64,000 bases of DNA from an uncultured virus (IMG/VR IMGVR_UViG_3300025881_001848) (lineage: Duplodnaviria > Heunggongvirae > Uroviricota > Caudoviricetes), in IMG/VR virus record IMGVR_UViG_3300025881_001848; one strand, 5' to 3'. This document shows, piece after piece, positions 1 to 11,022 of this stretch (its first letter is position 1; the number at the start of each line of letters is the position of its first letter). The notes beneath the pieces were generated by a model, which was not told the DNA's origin, searched no databases, and saw only the letters and a list, made by a program, of their open reading frames with translations. Both the position numbers and the translations under genes were made by a program.

Positions 1-18
1 TTAAATATTTTATCGCTA

Positions 19-324
19 ATGAAAGAAAAGCGAGAAGCATTACCTAACGATGCGGACTATATTGAAGAGCTGGAAAGGCTAGTCGAAGTTAACCATGAGA
101 TTGCGCAAAATTTAGAGGCAAAGACCATTACTCAGCCGCCAGACGAGCTTATTGTCAACGCGCTTGCAAAAGAGGTGGCTAAAATATTCATTGGTAGCGG
201 TAATTTAAAAAGCTTGAATGTCTCTCAACGCAGAATACGACATGTCATAAATATGGCAAAGGGAAAGACCGATATAACGCTTGTTGATATTCTTCAAGAG
301 ATGCACGAAGATCTTGATAGATAA
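19..324 (+). CDS. hypothetical protein
   Basis: 101-aa ORF ending just before a cassette promoter. Confidence 0.6.
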   Translation: MKEKREALPNDADYIEELERLVEVNHEIAQNLEAKTITQPPDELIVNALAKEVAKIFIGSGNLKSLNVSQRRIRHVINMAKGKTDITLVDILQEMHEDLDR

Positions 325-330
325 TACCCG

Positions 331-366
331 AAAAATGATTGACAAAACACTGTGATTTGTTACTAT
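331..366 (+). promoter_or_regulatory. class I (sigma70-type) cassette promoter, example of about 50 copies
   Basis: AAAAATGA-TTGACA-16 bp-TACTAT with TGn extended -10. Confidence 0.85.
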
Positions 367-401
367 TAATCCACTGAAAAAAACACCAAGAGAGAACGTA
401 A

Positions 402-716
402 ATGGACACTATTTCCAAAATTGAACTGATCGCTTTAATTGCGCACCTTCCCGACAATGCCGAATTAGCCTTAGGCGTAGATTACGGCGATCGTGTTAAC
501 ACTGTGCAGGCGGTTGGGTTTGAAATGGGTCTTGAAAAAGCTTACGTGGTTGAATCTGATTACTCCACCACCGGCTATAAGCTTGTGAATAAAGAAACAG
601 CGGAGCGCGAGCTTGATGGTGACGCAAGTGGTGTTGAAGTATGGGTATTAAACCCCTCATCCATTAGCGACATAAGCGATGGTGACGACGACGATGAAGA
701 TGAAGACGAATTCTAG
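402..716 (+). CDS. acidic hypothetical protein
   Basis: ORF after promoter; GAGAG RBS; D/E-rich tail. Confidence 0.8.
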   Translation: MDTISKIELIALIAHLPDNAELALGVDYGDRVNTVQAVGFEMGLEKAYVVESDYSTTGYKLVNKETAERELDGDASGVEVWVLNPSSISDISDGDDDDEDEDEF

Positions 717-728
717 AGGGTATTTATT

Positions 729-1172
729 ATGCCAGTATCATTAACACCAGTAGAAGAAATACTTGCAGAGGTGGCGGCTGCCGCTACCTTTGACACTGAA
801 TATGACGGTCGTACCTATTGTTTTTGCAAATACTGTGAAGCGAATATGGAAGACGGCGACTGTGAAGACGACTGTCTATCCCTGAAAGCTCGTGAAGCAT
901 TGGGTGAAAAATGGCTACAGATGCAACGTGAAGCAAGGGCGGCCGAATTAGAAGTATCTCGCGAACAAAAGCAATTGGATCGGTGGGACAACCAACGCCG
1001 GAGACGTCAAGAGAAACTGAATAGACGGGTAAAATGCGACCTATGCGACAAAACAGTTGCCGCCCAGGGCATACCAGAACATCAAAAGTCAGAAAGTTGC
1101 GCTAAACGCGCCAAGAGGAAATTGCTTGATGAAGCATTGCAAGCACAGTCGGTCGTAATGATAACACAATAA
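729..1172 (+). CDS. Cys-rich putative zinc-finger protein
   Basis: CKYC and CDLC...HQKSESC motifs; GAGG RBS. Confidence 0.75.
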   Translation: MPVSLTPVEEILAEVAAAATFDTEYDGRTYCFCKYCEANMEDGDCEDDCLSLKAREALGEKWLQMQREARAAELEVSREQKQLDRWDNQRRRRQEKLNRRVKCDLCDKTVAAQGIPEHQKSESCAKRAKRKLLDEALQAQSVVMITQ

Positions 1173-1237
1173 ATGATTGACAAAATAAATTATTCTGGTA
1201 GACTACTTGTATTGAAATTAAGCCAAAAGGACAGTCG

Positions 1238-1558
1238 ATGGAATTCTTTTATCAAACCAAGCAGGTCGTAGTTGATAGAAACGAGGATGGTGATGTGATT
1301 GGCGATGTTTTCCAGCCTATTATTGAGCTGCCATCAGGCCAGCGCTTTGCTCATCAAGAGTGTTTTGGGGATGTTTCTAAAGCTGATAGTTTCGTCACAA
1401 CATGCGAAGAGATGAATAGTGCAGGTGAAAATGTTTTGATGACATTAGAGGATGAGTGGCACGAAACGGATCCTCGTTATGGCTCAGCTCATCATCAGAA
1501 TATTGGTGACGCGCATCTAATGGATAGTGAAGAGCTATCGCACCGGTCACCCTACTAA
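1238..1558 (+). CDS. hypothetical protein
   Basis: promoter at 1177; AAGGA RBS. Confidence 0.8.
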   Translation: MEFFYQTKQVVVDRNEDGDVIGDVFQPIIELPSGQRFAHQECFGDVSKADSFVTTCEEMNSAGENVLMTLEDEWHETDPRYGSAHHQNIGDAHLMDSEELSHRSPY

Positions 1559-1858
1559 GGAATGTTATGAGCACTACCGCCCCCTTATCCATCCGTGAAC
1601 GTGATTTTTTAGCGGCATGCGGATTTGATTTAACTCACGGTTTCTTTTCGGAAGATGTAGCCCTTTGGCGGCATAAAGAGCCGGAGATGTATCGCCAGTA
1701 CGTGACCTTCGGGTAACACACCTTTTACCACTATACGGAATGGCTGAACGGCCATTTTTTTGTGCGCTCGCAATAAAATAAAAATAAAAGATTGACAGCT
1801 AGTTTCATTATGATAATATTAAGACTCTTAAAACACACACACATAAAGCGAGAAGATT

Positions 1859-2146
1859 ATGTCATTATTTACCAACGTTGTTAAAGAAAATCCAGTTGCT
1901 ATTAACGCCGAAAACGCTAACTTTTTTGCATTACTTAACTTCCTAACAGAAGATTTAGTCGAACGAGATTTCTTCGCTTTCATGGATGATGATAAAATTG
2001 AATCTTTAGCTAAGCTAGTATTGCAAGAAGTAGATGCTAATTTTTTCGAGCAAGACTTCTGTACTGATACTGGCGCATCAATCACTTATGCGAATGAAGC
2101 TGAGGCAATTGAGTTCATTATCTCACTCTCATTCAAATTAGCGTAA
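1859..2146 (+). CDS. hypothetical protein, paralog of the C-terminus of 2779..3306
   Basis: promoter and CA leader; shared FFAFMDxDKxxxLAKLVxQE. Confidence 0.8.
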   Translation: MSLFTNVVKENPVAINAENANFFALLNFLTEDLVERDFFAFMDDDKIESLAKLVLQEVDANFFEQDFCTDTGASITYANEAEAIEFIISLSFKLA

Positions 2147-2220
2147 ATAAACGCTTAGCATTCGATTCAGCTCCATATAGGGGCTGAATAAACCTAAACA
2201 TTCACACAAGGAATACTGTT

Positions 2221-2616
2221 ATGTCAACATCATCGATCACGATGGTCAATCAAGCCCCTTTTATGATCAGTATGTTTCGTAATTGGATACTGGCGAGCAA
2301 GGGAACGCCGTTCATTGTGATCATAGCCAGTGAAGTGATCAGCGATGCCGATATTGAAGCGATTTCGAAAAACAACGAATTGGTGCTCAATGTCTCGCAT
2401 GAAGCCGTAAACTCGTTTGATATTTCACAGGAAGGCGATATTACCGTCGTTACCCGACTGAAAGGGCAGAGCGTGACATTTAATTTCGCATCAACCGCAT
2501 GTAAGTCAATATACTGTATGGAAAATGGTATGGGGACTATATTAATTAAGCCTAAGGCGGCGACGTCTGACAACAAAGGAGACAGTGATAAAATACCTCA
2601 AAAGAAAGCACATTAA
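2221..2616 (+). CDS. possible SspB-like (ClpXP adaptor) protein
   Basis: WILASKGTPFIVI, LVLNVSHEAV and IYCMENGMG resemble SspB motifs (W..DN..TP, IVLN.S..AV, IYARENG.G). Confidence 0.6.
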   Translation: MSTSSITMVNQAPFMISMFRNWILASKGTPFIVIIASEVISDADIEAISKNNELVLNVSHEAVNSFDISQEGDITVVTRLKGQSVTFNFASTACKSIYCMENGMGTILIKPKAATSDNKGDSDKIPQKKAH

Positions 2617-2778
2617 CACGCCGTCAAGGTCTGTAGTTAAAGACAGGACATCACTGACCTAGAATTCAAGCCCCGTAAAACGGGCTTTTCCCGCGCCTGA
2701 AATAAAAGTTTAAATGATTGACAAATACAGTCAATATGATAATGTATATCCACTCAAACACACACAAGCGAGCACTAC

Positions 2779-3306
2779 ATGCAAACAGTGAACAATATAA
2801 GCCTACGGACATTATTAATACTGACACTCAAGTCAAAACACGGCAGTACAAGAACTGAGACGTTGACGGTCAGTGTTAGCGAAAATGACTGTAAGATGCA
2901 CTACCACATTATAGAGCGCAAAGACTTTATAAATAAATTACCATTGTTCTTAACCAACAGTGATGGTGATACCTTGGATTGCGTAATAAACGAGATAAGA
3001 AGATCGTCATCAATCGATATTATTGAATATCATTTTTCCCCCGCGCTTAACAACGCCAGTAAAGTGAAAACCGCACTTGCCGAGGGTAGGAATGTAGAAA
3101 CTGCATGGGCGTACTTGGTCGATAAACAATTTTTCGCATTCATGGATAATGATAAGTTAGATGGCCTAGCTAAATTAGTTGTGCAGGAGCTGAAAACAAA
3201 TCCCGTGAGCGCTAGCAAGGGCGTCATAGGGAAGTTTACGGGCACAGATGATGCCATGGAATGTATTATTGCACGCCTCATCAGAACGAAGGTGATGGCC
3301 GCTTAA
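2779..3306 (+). CDS. hypothetical protein
   Basis: promoter 2718, CA leader, terminator near 3341. Confidence 0.8.
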   Translation: MQTVNNISLRTLLILTLKSKHGSTRTETLTVSVSENDCKMHYHIIERKDFINKLPLFLTNSDGDTLDCVINEIRRSSSIDIIEYHFSPALNNASKVKTALAEGRNVETAWAYLVDKQFFAFMDNDKLDGLAKLVVQELKTNPVSASKGVIGKFTGTDDAMECIIARLIRTKVMAA

Positions 3307-3459
3307 CCTTACTGGCAGTATTTCATTCGCTTATTAATCAAGCCCCGTCGAACGGGCTTATTTTCGCGCACCTCAAACAAAACAAACAAAATGATTGACA
3401 AATAATGTCATTATGATAATATATACCCACTGAAGAAACACACACAAAGCGAGAACCAC

Positions 3460-4617
3460 ATGACACAATTCAACGACGTAAAAACCAATAGATTTTCTAC
3501 TTTTTCAACGCTTAAAAATGACACTATGCTTGAGCCTATGTTTTTTGGTAATGGCGTTAACGTGGCTCGTTTTGACCAACAAAAGCACCCTATATTTGAG
3601 AAGTTGATTGAAAAGCAAATTTCTTTCTTCTGGCGTCCAGAGGAAGTTGATATCTCAAAGGATCGTATTGACTTTGAAAAGCTAAGCGATGCTGAAAGAC
3701 ATATTTTCACCTCAAATCTTAAGTATCAAACTTTGCTTGATTCGGTTCAAGGTCGCAGTCCTAACATTGCATTGCTACCAATTTGCTCACTGCCAGAGCT
3801 TGAAACTTGGATTGAAACTTGGTCGTTTTTCGAAACTATCCATAGTCGTTCGTATACGCATATTATTCGTAACCTATACTCTGATCCATCAACTGTATTT
3901 GGTGATATTGTAGAGAACGAGAAGATTAAAGAGCGTGCTGAGGATGTAGCGTTTTACTATGATGAATTAATCTTTGCTGTGCAATTGTATCAAACACAAG
4001 GTTTAGGCGCTCATATTGTAGACGGTGTAGAGCATGTGATTACCTTACGTGAGCTTAAAAAGAAGTTGTACCTGTGCATGAATTCTGTGAACGCACTTGA
4101 AGCTATACGTTTCTATGTTTCTTTTGCCTGTACATTTGCTTTTGCTGAGCGTGAAATGATGGAAGGTAACTCGAAAATAGTCCGCCTTATCGCTCGTGAT
4201 GAAAATATACACCTTGCGTCTACTCAACACATACTTAACTTGTGGAGAAGTGGTCAAGATGATCCAGAGATGGCTGAGATTGCCATTGAATGTAAGGATC
4301 AGGCTCGTGAGATATTTATGTCTGCGGTAAAACAGGAAAAGAATTGGGCAAAGTACTTATTCTCTAACGGTTCGATGCTTGGTTTAAATGAAGCCATCTT
4401 ATGCCAGTACGTTGAATATATTGCTAACATCCGTATGAAGGCTATAGGCTTTGATGCCCCGTTTGATATTGAAACTAACCCGTTACCTTGGATGAACAAC
4501 TATTTAAGCTCTGACGCAGTTCAGGTTGCTCCTCAGGAAGTGGAAGTAAGCTCTTATCTAACAGCTCAAATAGATGTAGAAGTAAGCTCAGATGATTTTG
4601 GTGACATGGAGTTATAA
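3460..4617 (+). CDS. nrdB: class Ia ribonucleotide reductase beta subunit
   Basis: [66 protein letters not shown]. Confidence 0.98.
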   Translation: MTQFNDVKTNRFSTFSTLKNDTMLEPMFFGNGVNVARFDQQKHPIFEKLIEKQISFFWRPEEVDISKDRIDFEKLSDAERHIFTSNLKYQTLLDSVQGRSPNIALLPICSLPELETWIETWSFFETIHSRSYTHIIRNLYSDPSTVFGDIVENEKIKERAEDVAFYYDELIFAVQLYQTQGLGAHIVDGVEHVITLRELKKKLYLCMNSVNALEAIRFYVSFACTFAFAEREMMEGNSKIVRLIARDENIHLASTQHILNLWRSGQDDPEMAEIAIECKDQAREIFMSAVKQEKNWAKYLFSNGSMLGLNEAILCQYVEYIANIRMKAIGFDAPFDIETNPLPWMNNYLSSDAVQVAPQEVEVSSYLTAQIDVEVSSDDFGDMEL

Positions 4618-4773
4618 AAGCCAGGGTTAACCGCCCTTATCTTTTACCTGCTGATGTGGTTTATTAAGGGCGTTAATTGCCCTTTTTATTTGCCTATTGT
4701 TTACCGAAAATGATTGACTTATTTATTCAAAATGATAAAATACTCGTATTGAAAAATTACCGATGAGACCTCT

Positions 4774-5166
4774 ATGCCATTAACAAAAACCCAGATTACC
4801 GCGCTGCTAAAGTTAAAGCGTGTTGACATAGATGTTTATTCGACTGCTACGGTAAGCCGTGATCAATTGCTGAATGAATATTTACTCCAATACTCTGATT
4901 GGTGGATGCATGAGGGTGATAAGAGCTATCAGCGTAAGATAGAAAGTGATTCGCTAAATATCGACAAGATCACTTTAAGTAAACCGTGGGTGGATGTGAG
5001 GGTGTTAGGTAATGATCATGTAGATATGCCTTTACCTGATGAACCGTATTTACTGTTGCAGGGCGAATATGGTGAGTTTGCGGTCGTCTGCGAACAATGG
5101 AACTTTTACCTCGTGGCAATAGATGACGATTTCTCTGAATTAATGATAGATAAAATGGAAAAATGA
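4774..5166 (+). CDS. hypothetical protein
   Basis: promoter 4714; stop codon lies inside next promoter. Confidence 0.75.
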   Translation: MPLTKTQITALLKLKRVDIDVYSTATVSRDQLLNEYLLQYSDWWMHEGDKSYQRKIESDSLNIDKITLSKPWVDVRVLGNDHVDMPLPDEPYLLLQGEYGEFAVVCEQWNFYLVAIDDDFSELMIDKMEK

Positions 5167-5230
5167 TTGACATAAAATCAAAATGATAATATACTGTTTG
5201 TACTGAAAAAGCACACACACGGAATTCAAA

Positions 5231-5641
5231 ATGGATACGCAAAACGCGCCCTATACAGCCCAATTAATTTTTGATTGTTCGTCAATGACAGACATTGAAG
5301 CGAGCATTCAGTTAAATCACAAAAAAGAGACCGATACGACTGCAATCTGCATGAAAGATGGTGTAGAGCTTTTCGTATGTGGTACACCTATTTTAACCAA
5401 TCCTAAGGGTCGCGTAATAACGGGCACCGAAGTGATGGGGATCATTCATACCGAAGTAAATGCCACCAAAGAAGAGTTGTTAGACTTCTTGTGTTTTGGT
5501 AACGATAAATTTGACGGCTATAGCATTGTGAAAATGCCCACTTTTCAGTGGATGGAACGCGATGGTGCGAGCGTTGGCGAAGATTTCGGGGTTATTCCTA
5601 AGGACTTATCCAGTATTGAAGCAGGGGAATTTTATTTATGA
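5231..5641 (+). CDS. hypothetical protein
   Basis: promoter 5166, CACACACAC-GGA leader. Confidence 0.8.
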   Translation: MDTQNAPYTAQLIFDCSSMTDIEASIQLNHKKETDTTAICMKDGVELFVCGTPILTNPKGRVITGTEVMGIIHTEVNATKEELLDFLCFGNDKFDGYSIVKMPTFQWMERDGASVGEDFGVIPKDLSSIEAGEFYL

Positions 5642-6066
5642 GTGCGATTGTGATTAATCAGGCGTTTGTTAAAATTATTGTGGCGTTTGCTGAAGGCGTA
5701 GACACCTCAAATATTAAGTTTGGTTCAATTGTCATCAAAGACAACACAAACGGTGCCACCCACCTGTTATCGCTTGTTTCTTTAATTGAAGTTCCGGAGC
5801 GCGGTGTATTTGAAGGGAAATTCAAACCTCAGATGGGTGTTGCTGATACTTTCGCCGATTTGGGTCATGAGATTCAGTACAATCTGGATCCCCGAGTATT
5901 ACAATTTCCAGAATCGATGGACGCAAAAATGTATATTGAGACGGCCACCGGCGACAAACCCAAGAGTATGAAGATTATGCTTGATTTACATGCAGTGTTA
6001 TCACTAAATGCTAGCGATGAGGCGATCAAGTTTTTGCCCGTTACATTCATGAAAAATAGCAAATAA
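5638..6066 (+). CDS. hypothetical protein
   Basis: ATGA overlap with upstream ORF. Confidence 0.75.
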   Translation: MSAIVINQAFVKIIVAFAEGVDTSNIKFGSIVIKDNTNGATHLLSLVSLIEVPERGVFEGKFKPQMGVADTFADLGHEIQYNLDPRVLQFPESMDAKMYIETATGDKPKSMKIMLDLHAVLSLNASDEAIKFLPVTFMKNSK

Positions 6067-6175
6067 CACGAGCAAAATGCAGTGTAAAAACACGTTCAAT
6101 AAATTAAAAATGATTGACAAAAACACTGATTGTGTTATTCTATGTGGACTGAAAACACGCACGGGATAGTCAATC

Positions 6176-6424
6176 ATGAAGTTACCAACGACAACAGGGA
6201 ATTTAGCTTTGCTTACGACAGCACAGCGCATTGAGGAGGCGTACAAGCGTGGTATGTTTAAGACGTTTACAGCCTTCTTTGACTTTGTACGCGCTAATAT
6301 GACTGTCTGGAAAGATGAAGTGAACGAAGATGGCAGTGCCATTCGAAATGTGAGGTTTAGTGATAACAGTTCAATTGATATTGACAAGAAAACTAAGCAA
6401 ATCACTGAAGTGTGGGATATATAA
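6176..6424 (+). CDS. hypothetical protein
   Basis: promoter 6114. Confidence 0.75.
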   Translation: MKLPTTTGNLALLTTAQRIEEAYKRGMFKTFTAFFDFVRANMTVWKDEVNEDGSAIRNVRFSDNSSIDIDKKTKQITEVWDI

Positions 6425-6636
6425 TGAATACCATTGAAATGAAAGATGTAAATGGTGTCATTGTTCAAGCTGAGGTGGGCGATACGATTGCGGCCTACTG
6501 TTACCTATGGAAAGGTGTGACGATAGGGAAGATAGAGCGAATAAAAAACGGCTTTCAAGCGTGCGGGTTGAAAATCACCCCAAAGGCAAAAAAGTGCGTG
6601 TTTATAGCAAAGGCTAGCGTGACAAAAAGTGAGTGA
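6424..6636 (+). CDS. hypothetical protein
   Basis: TAATG translational coupling. Confidence 0.7.
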   Translation: MNTIEMKDVNGVIVQAEVGDTIAAYCYLWKGVTIGKIERIKNGFQACGLKITPKAKKCVFIAKASVTKSE

Positions 6637-6724
6637 AAAAACGCCCTAAATAAGTAAAAATGATTGACAAAAAACACAATTCTGGTATTATGAAACTCTA
6701 CCCAATAGCAAAGAGACGCACACA

Positions 6725-7048
6725 ATGAATACTCAAAATAACATAGTAGCAGCTGACAAATTACTAACCCAAAGCAAAATATTCGCATGCTTATTTGCGG
6801 ACAATGAAAGTCAAGGCACGTGTACGGTTGAGGCTTACCAGTCTGCGTCGCTTTTGCTTGAAGCATTCGATGATATTCGTAAAAACAAGCGTGAAGCAGT
6901 TGTTTTAAAAGGTTCTGACGCACCACTACGTGTGAAAGACGGTATTACTATTAGCGTTGACTTTGAGACAGCAGAAGGCGAGCCAGTGGAATCTGCAAAG
7001 CTAAGCGGTATTCTCAAGGAATTAGGCATTAGCCCTCTCACTATTTAA
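6725..7048 (+). CDS. hypothetical protein
   Basis: promoter 6664, CA leader. Confidence 0.8.
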   Translation: MNTQNNIVAADKLLTQSKIFACLFADNESQGTCTVEAYQSASLLLEAFDDIRKNKREAVVLKGSDAPLRVKDGITISVDFETAEGEPVESAKLSGILKELGISPLTI

Positions 7049-7193
7049 TTAAACTATGATAAAGCGGCAACCGACTCATTAATTATGGTTGCCGTAATAC
7101 CCTTGGGAAACCTTCGCAAAAAAATAAAAATGATTGACAAATAGAGTCATTATGCTATTATACCCCTACACCCAATAGCGAAGAGACACACTC

Positions 7194-7520
7194 ATGAGCC
7201 TACTCAAGAACGAACAGATCGCAAAAGATTTTGTCATTAAAATCGGCGAAAAACGTGCCACTAGATTACTTAACTTGGTCACCAGTCGTATTGCTAGACG
7301 CATACGCAAAGGCAATGAGCAGATGTTCGGACAGTTCTTAACAGAAGACTGTGTACGTAAAGCGCCTTGGGAAGTCAATTTAACCTACAATATTAAAATG
7401 GGGTTAAGTCTCACCGATACTTACAATACACCTATTGCGGCGAAGCAACGTATTGCCAGTCGTATTGCTGAGCGAAACGCTCGACGTGCATTAAGGCTTC
7501 AATCACCGCAAGTCGCGTAA
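7194..7520 (+). CDS. basic hypothetical protein
   Basis: promoter 7134; leader nearly identical to that of 6725. Confidence 0.8.
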   Translation: MSLLKNEQIAKDFVIKIGEKRATRLLNLVTSRIARRIRKGNEQMFGQFLTEDCVRKAPWEVNLTYNIKMGLSLTDTYNTPIAAKQRIASRIAERNARRALRLQSPQVA

Positions 7521-7618
7521 AGGGAATGGATTAAGTTGCGGATTGTGTCAAGGTAAGCTTAGCGATTCACAGTAAACCCTAGATTTTTTTATATCCTATA
7601 TTGTTTGGAGAACCCGCA

Positions 7619-7846
7619 ATGTTAAACGTGATCACGAAAGTGTTATCAATTCACCCTATCCTGAGTTTGTTAATTGTGGGCTTGTACATATTTTCACTAT
7701 GGGCATGTTCTGCAATCGTGTGGATGGCGGGTCACCCGTTAATGGCTGTATTTTTATTTATCGTAGTCACTTCAAACACTAAAAAGTATGCCGGTTTTAT
7801 TATAGGTGAGGTTAGTCGCCGCAGAACTCTTGGTCGTCATCAGTAA
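7619..7846 (+). CDS. small membrane protein
   Basis: two hydrophobic segments; GGAG RBS. Confidence 0.65.
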   Translation: MLNVITKVLSIHPILSLLIVGLYIFSLWACSAIVWMAGHPLMAVFLFIVVTSNTKKYAGFIIGEVSRRRTLGRHQ

Positions 7847-7874
7847 AACCCCAAAAAGGAAAGTAGTACGTTTT

Positions 7875-8516
7875 ATGCAAATCATTAATGAGATCAAAGC
7901 ACTGTCAACACTGCGTAAAAATCAGCAGTTGATGTCGTTCTATATGCTATTTGTTAATGCATTGATCATCGCGTGCACCGCTACTTTTTATGTAGAGTTT
8001 TTTGGTAGTGAAGGTCTTATACTGAAGGATTACGCTGTATCACTATTAGGCCTTATGTTATTTATCCCTATGTTTGGTCGTTTCGCCACCAGCAAGCCCC
8101 TTAGAACGTTTACTATTGCCGTTGTGCTTGAACTTTTATCAGTCACCGGTTACCTATTAACAAGTTTAGGGGTAGCGCCCGAGATGTGCCTTATCGTCGC
8201 AACGTACTGTATTGTTCAATCCGGCGTGATTATGCGCCCAATCAATACCCAGGTGGACAGTATTGTGACCGCAGGTAGCGCAAGCTACTCTTTACTTAAG
8301 TCTAAGCTAGATGCTTTATATACTGCTATTAGTGCAGCAGTTGGCGCAAGCTTTGTATTACTGGGTGTATCTAAGACAGCTACGGTTGCTATGTTGGCCG
8401 CGAGTCTAATCTGCTCACGATACTACCGAAAACGTGTTCTTAAAGAAATTTACGCAGACGGTGTGGTACCGGAGGTTGATGTTGTCGTGTTAGCGCCGAT
8501 AAAAGATAATAAATGA
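7875..8516 (+). CDS. multi-pass membrane protein (half-MFS-like size)
   Basis: about 6 hydrophobic segments; start revised to ATG 7875. Confidence 0.7.
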   Translation: MQIINEIKALSTLRKNQQLMSFYMLFVNALIIACTATFYVEFFGSEGLILKDYAVSLLGLMLFIPMFGRFATSKPLRTFTIAVVLELLSVTGYLLTSLGVAPEMCLIVATYCIVQSGVIMRPINTQVDSIVTAGSASYSLLKSKLDALYTAISAAVGASFVLLGVSKTATVAMLAASLICSRYYRKRVLKEIYADGVVPEVDVVVLAPIKDNK

Positions 8517-8580
8517 TTGACATAAATACTCATTATGATAATATTGCCTTACTGAAAACACACACACAAGGCATTATATT

Positions 8581-9060
8581 ATGGGACGTTCAGTTAGCAC
8601 ACCAAGCAATTGCGAAGCAGTAGCGAGAAAAGATACACTACACTTTGGTTACCCTTTCAATGAAGATACGCAAGAACACGATTTTGATGCCGGTTACTGC
8701 GAGATGCAAGGGCAAGATGATTACGAATACCTCAAAGACTCTATCTTAGAGCAAGCACAAGCACGCTGGCCATCATTTAATGCGGTAGAAAACAAGTGGT
8801 TGGGCAATGAGGATAAAGTCCTCTTAGAAAACGATTTAGCGTACATTGGCATATCAGAATATTGCGGCCTAACAGCAGTATGGTTAAAATCAAAGCATTC
8901 TGAGCTAGACGGTAGTTATTATGCGGAGGAAGCAAGCAGAGCGCCACTGTGTGAAGGGTTTGTATCACGCATCAGCGACACCTTTATGAAAATGTTCAAT
9001 GAATATAATCAAGTGGGTGCCTTTTCAAATGGCGAGGTGCTGCTGGAAAAGGTCGCATAA
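8581..9060 (+). CDS. phage-type hypothetical protein
   Basis: promoter 8517, CA leader, terminator near 9085. Confidence 0.8.
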   Translation: MGRSVSTPSNCEAVARKDTLHFGYPFNEDTQEHDFDAGYCEMQGQDDYEYLKDSILEQAQARWPSFNAVENKWLGNEDKVLLENDLAYIGISEYCGLTAVWLKSKHSELDGSYYAEEASRAPLCEGFVSRISDTFMKMFNEYNQVGAFSNGEVLLEKVA

Positions 9061-9108
9061 CTCAATTACTAATACAATACAGATAAGGGCTTACGCCCTT
9101 TTTTGCGT

Positions 9109-9396
9109 TTAGGGGTGAATGGATTTAGGTAAGATGATCATCATGTCTGTAAAGAGGCGTATGTCATCGCTGTTGTGAGATACGATGATATTGCCGAATT
9201 CACTCGCCATGTTGTCAATATCATATATCGGCACATTGATTTCCAACGCCTCACTTAGCCATTTATTCCCCTCAATACTCATTACTTTTGGTTGATCATT
9301 ATCCATAGGCGCAGCACCAGCGTTAATGATTGCGGCGTTAGCGAAGGTGCTGCTCAATATTAATAGGGTAGCAAGTGCTGTTTTGTTTATGTTCAT
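9109..9396 (-). CDS. small secreted protein with PEP-CTERM-family-like N-terminus
   Basis: signal peptide ..STFANA-AII, GNKWL motif; AAGGA RBS. Confidence 0.6.
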   Translation of the reverse strand: MNINKTALATLLILSSTFANAAIINAGAAPMDNDQPKVMSIEGNKWLSEALEINVPIYDIDNMASEFGNIIVSHNSDDIRLFTDMMIILPKSIHP

Positions 9397-9554
9397 GTCT
9401 ATTCCTTTAGATATGCGTCTGTAGTGATAGCGAAATATTAGCATAAAATAATGTGAATAAAGCGCAACTAATTAAAAATAAATGATTGACAGATTATCAT
9501 AATGAAGTATACTGTAATCACTGAAACAAACACCCATACACAAGGTAATTTATT

Positions 9555-9764
9555 ATGAGCCAATCAGCAGTTGCAGCAAACGAAGCGTATTACGATGAAC
9601 TAATGGACGAAATGAGCAAGATGCCAGTAGAGGCTGCGGATAAACCTAAAACGGTACGGGTAGAAGGTGTCTATGGCACACTGGGCGGAAACACTGTTTA
9701 CAGTACATCTGATATGACTACGTACAATGTAACGGGAGCGGGAGCCACTGCACTGGTAAATTAA
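9555..9764 (+). CDS. hypothetical protein
   Basis: promoter 9486, ACACAAGG leader. Confidence 0.75.
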   Translation: MSQSAVAANEAYYDELMDEMSKMPVEAADKPKTVRVEGVYGTLGGNTVYSTSDMTTYNVTGAGATALVN

Positions 9765-10257
9765 GCCATGGTGTAATATAGAGGGCGTATAGTCGCCCTT
9801 ATGCATTAAGAGGCTTAATTGCCCTTTTGTGCATTTTTATACTTAGCCACCGCGCAAGATTAAGTTGGCGTGGACTTGGTTAAATTTATCAATAGTAAGA
9901 TGGTTTATGGATATATGTCTAAGGAAGTAAATAAAGACGAATTACTTAAGGCGTTTGCCGGTGCCTATATGCGTTCATTGAAATTGGTAACAAAGCCTAT
10001 CCATATAGTTATTAATAAGTATGGCGTAACTAAGCAGGTAGAGGCTTATTTGCTTTATGCATGCTTTGGTGTTTGTTTTCTCTGATGGCGTCATTACGAT
10101 CAACAAGGCGGGGTAGAAAAATAAAAATTGTGCTTAAGTGCCCTTTTGTTTGCCTGAACATTGCGTTAGATACGTTTTCTGTTTTTGTTAGGAAATTATA
10201 TTAATGTGATAAGTTACTACAAATAAATAGTGTATTTTTATTCAACAGAGGTTTTAC

Positions 10258-11022
10258 ATGTTTTTAAGTAATAGTAATAATAGTGGCGTATTTAGTAGAT
10301 TAGCGATAGTTGGTTTACTGTGTGTAGCATCAATTAGCGCATCGAATGCAGCTATCATCAGCGCCGATTTATTTGTCGCTAATGATGACAGGGCTTTCAT
10401 TGACACTTATACTGGTAATGAGTGGTTAAAATTAAATAATACATTGTATTACAGTATCAACCAATTTTCTGAAGACAATCCAGGTTCAACTTACTATCGT
10501 GGTTTGTTCCCAGGCTTTAGAGTGGCTACTTCAGCTGAGGTAAACACTTTATTTGAAAATACAATTGATTTTCTGGGGTTAACTTCGCTCACCAGTTCGG
10601 TTAATGGTGCGAGAACTGGCAACAGAGTTGATCATGATTTGGTTGAGATATTCACTGATAATGTATTTTCTCATAGGGATGCCTCTCGACAATTTATATC
10701 AAGCGGATTTCATTACTCGGCAGATGGGACGAATACAGTTTCAAGCTCATTTAATGGAAATACTCGTTCGGTTGATGCTCCGTTAAAAGTGAGTTTAGAT
10801 TTCAGTTCGCCCAACTATACTCTTGATACTAGCAGTTCGGGAACAGGTCTTTGGATGGTTTCTGAGGTTGTAGCTGGCACACTGAGCGCTCAGCTGGATG
10901 CTACATTGATAGAAAACCGTTCTAACAGCGAGGCTACCAGTGTCAATGCGCCAGCGACATTGTCGTTAATTGCATTGGGATTAGCCGGTGTGTTTTTTAG
11001 GCGAAAAGGTCTAATTGCATAA
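10258..11022 (+). CDS. PEP-CTERM-type sorted surface protein (VNAP variant)
   Basis: signal peptide; GNEWL; GFRVATSAEV; VNAP-TM-RRK tail. Confidence 0.85.
   Translation: MFLSNSNNSGVFSRLAIVGLLCVASISASNAAIISADLFVANDDRAFIDTYTGNEWLKLNNTLYYSINQFSEDNPGSTYYRGLFPGFRVATSAEVNTLFENTIDFLGLTSLTSSVNGARTGNRVDHDLVEIFTDNVFSHRDASRQFISSGFHYSADGTNTVSSSFNGNTRSVDAPLKVSLDFSSPNYTLDTSSSGTGLWMVSEVVAGTLSAQLDATLIENRSNSEATSVNAPATLSLIALGLAGVFFRRKGLIA

Noticed and set aside
9870..10085. 71-aa ORF
   Set aside because: No cassette promoter or clear RBS; cannot be supported.
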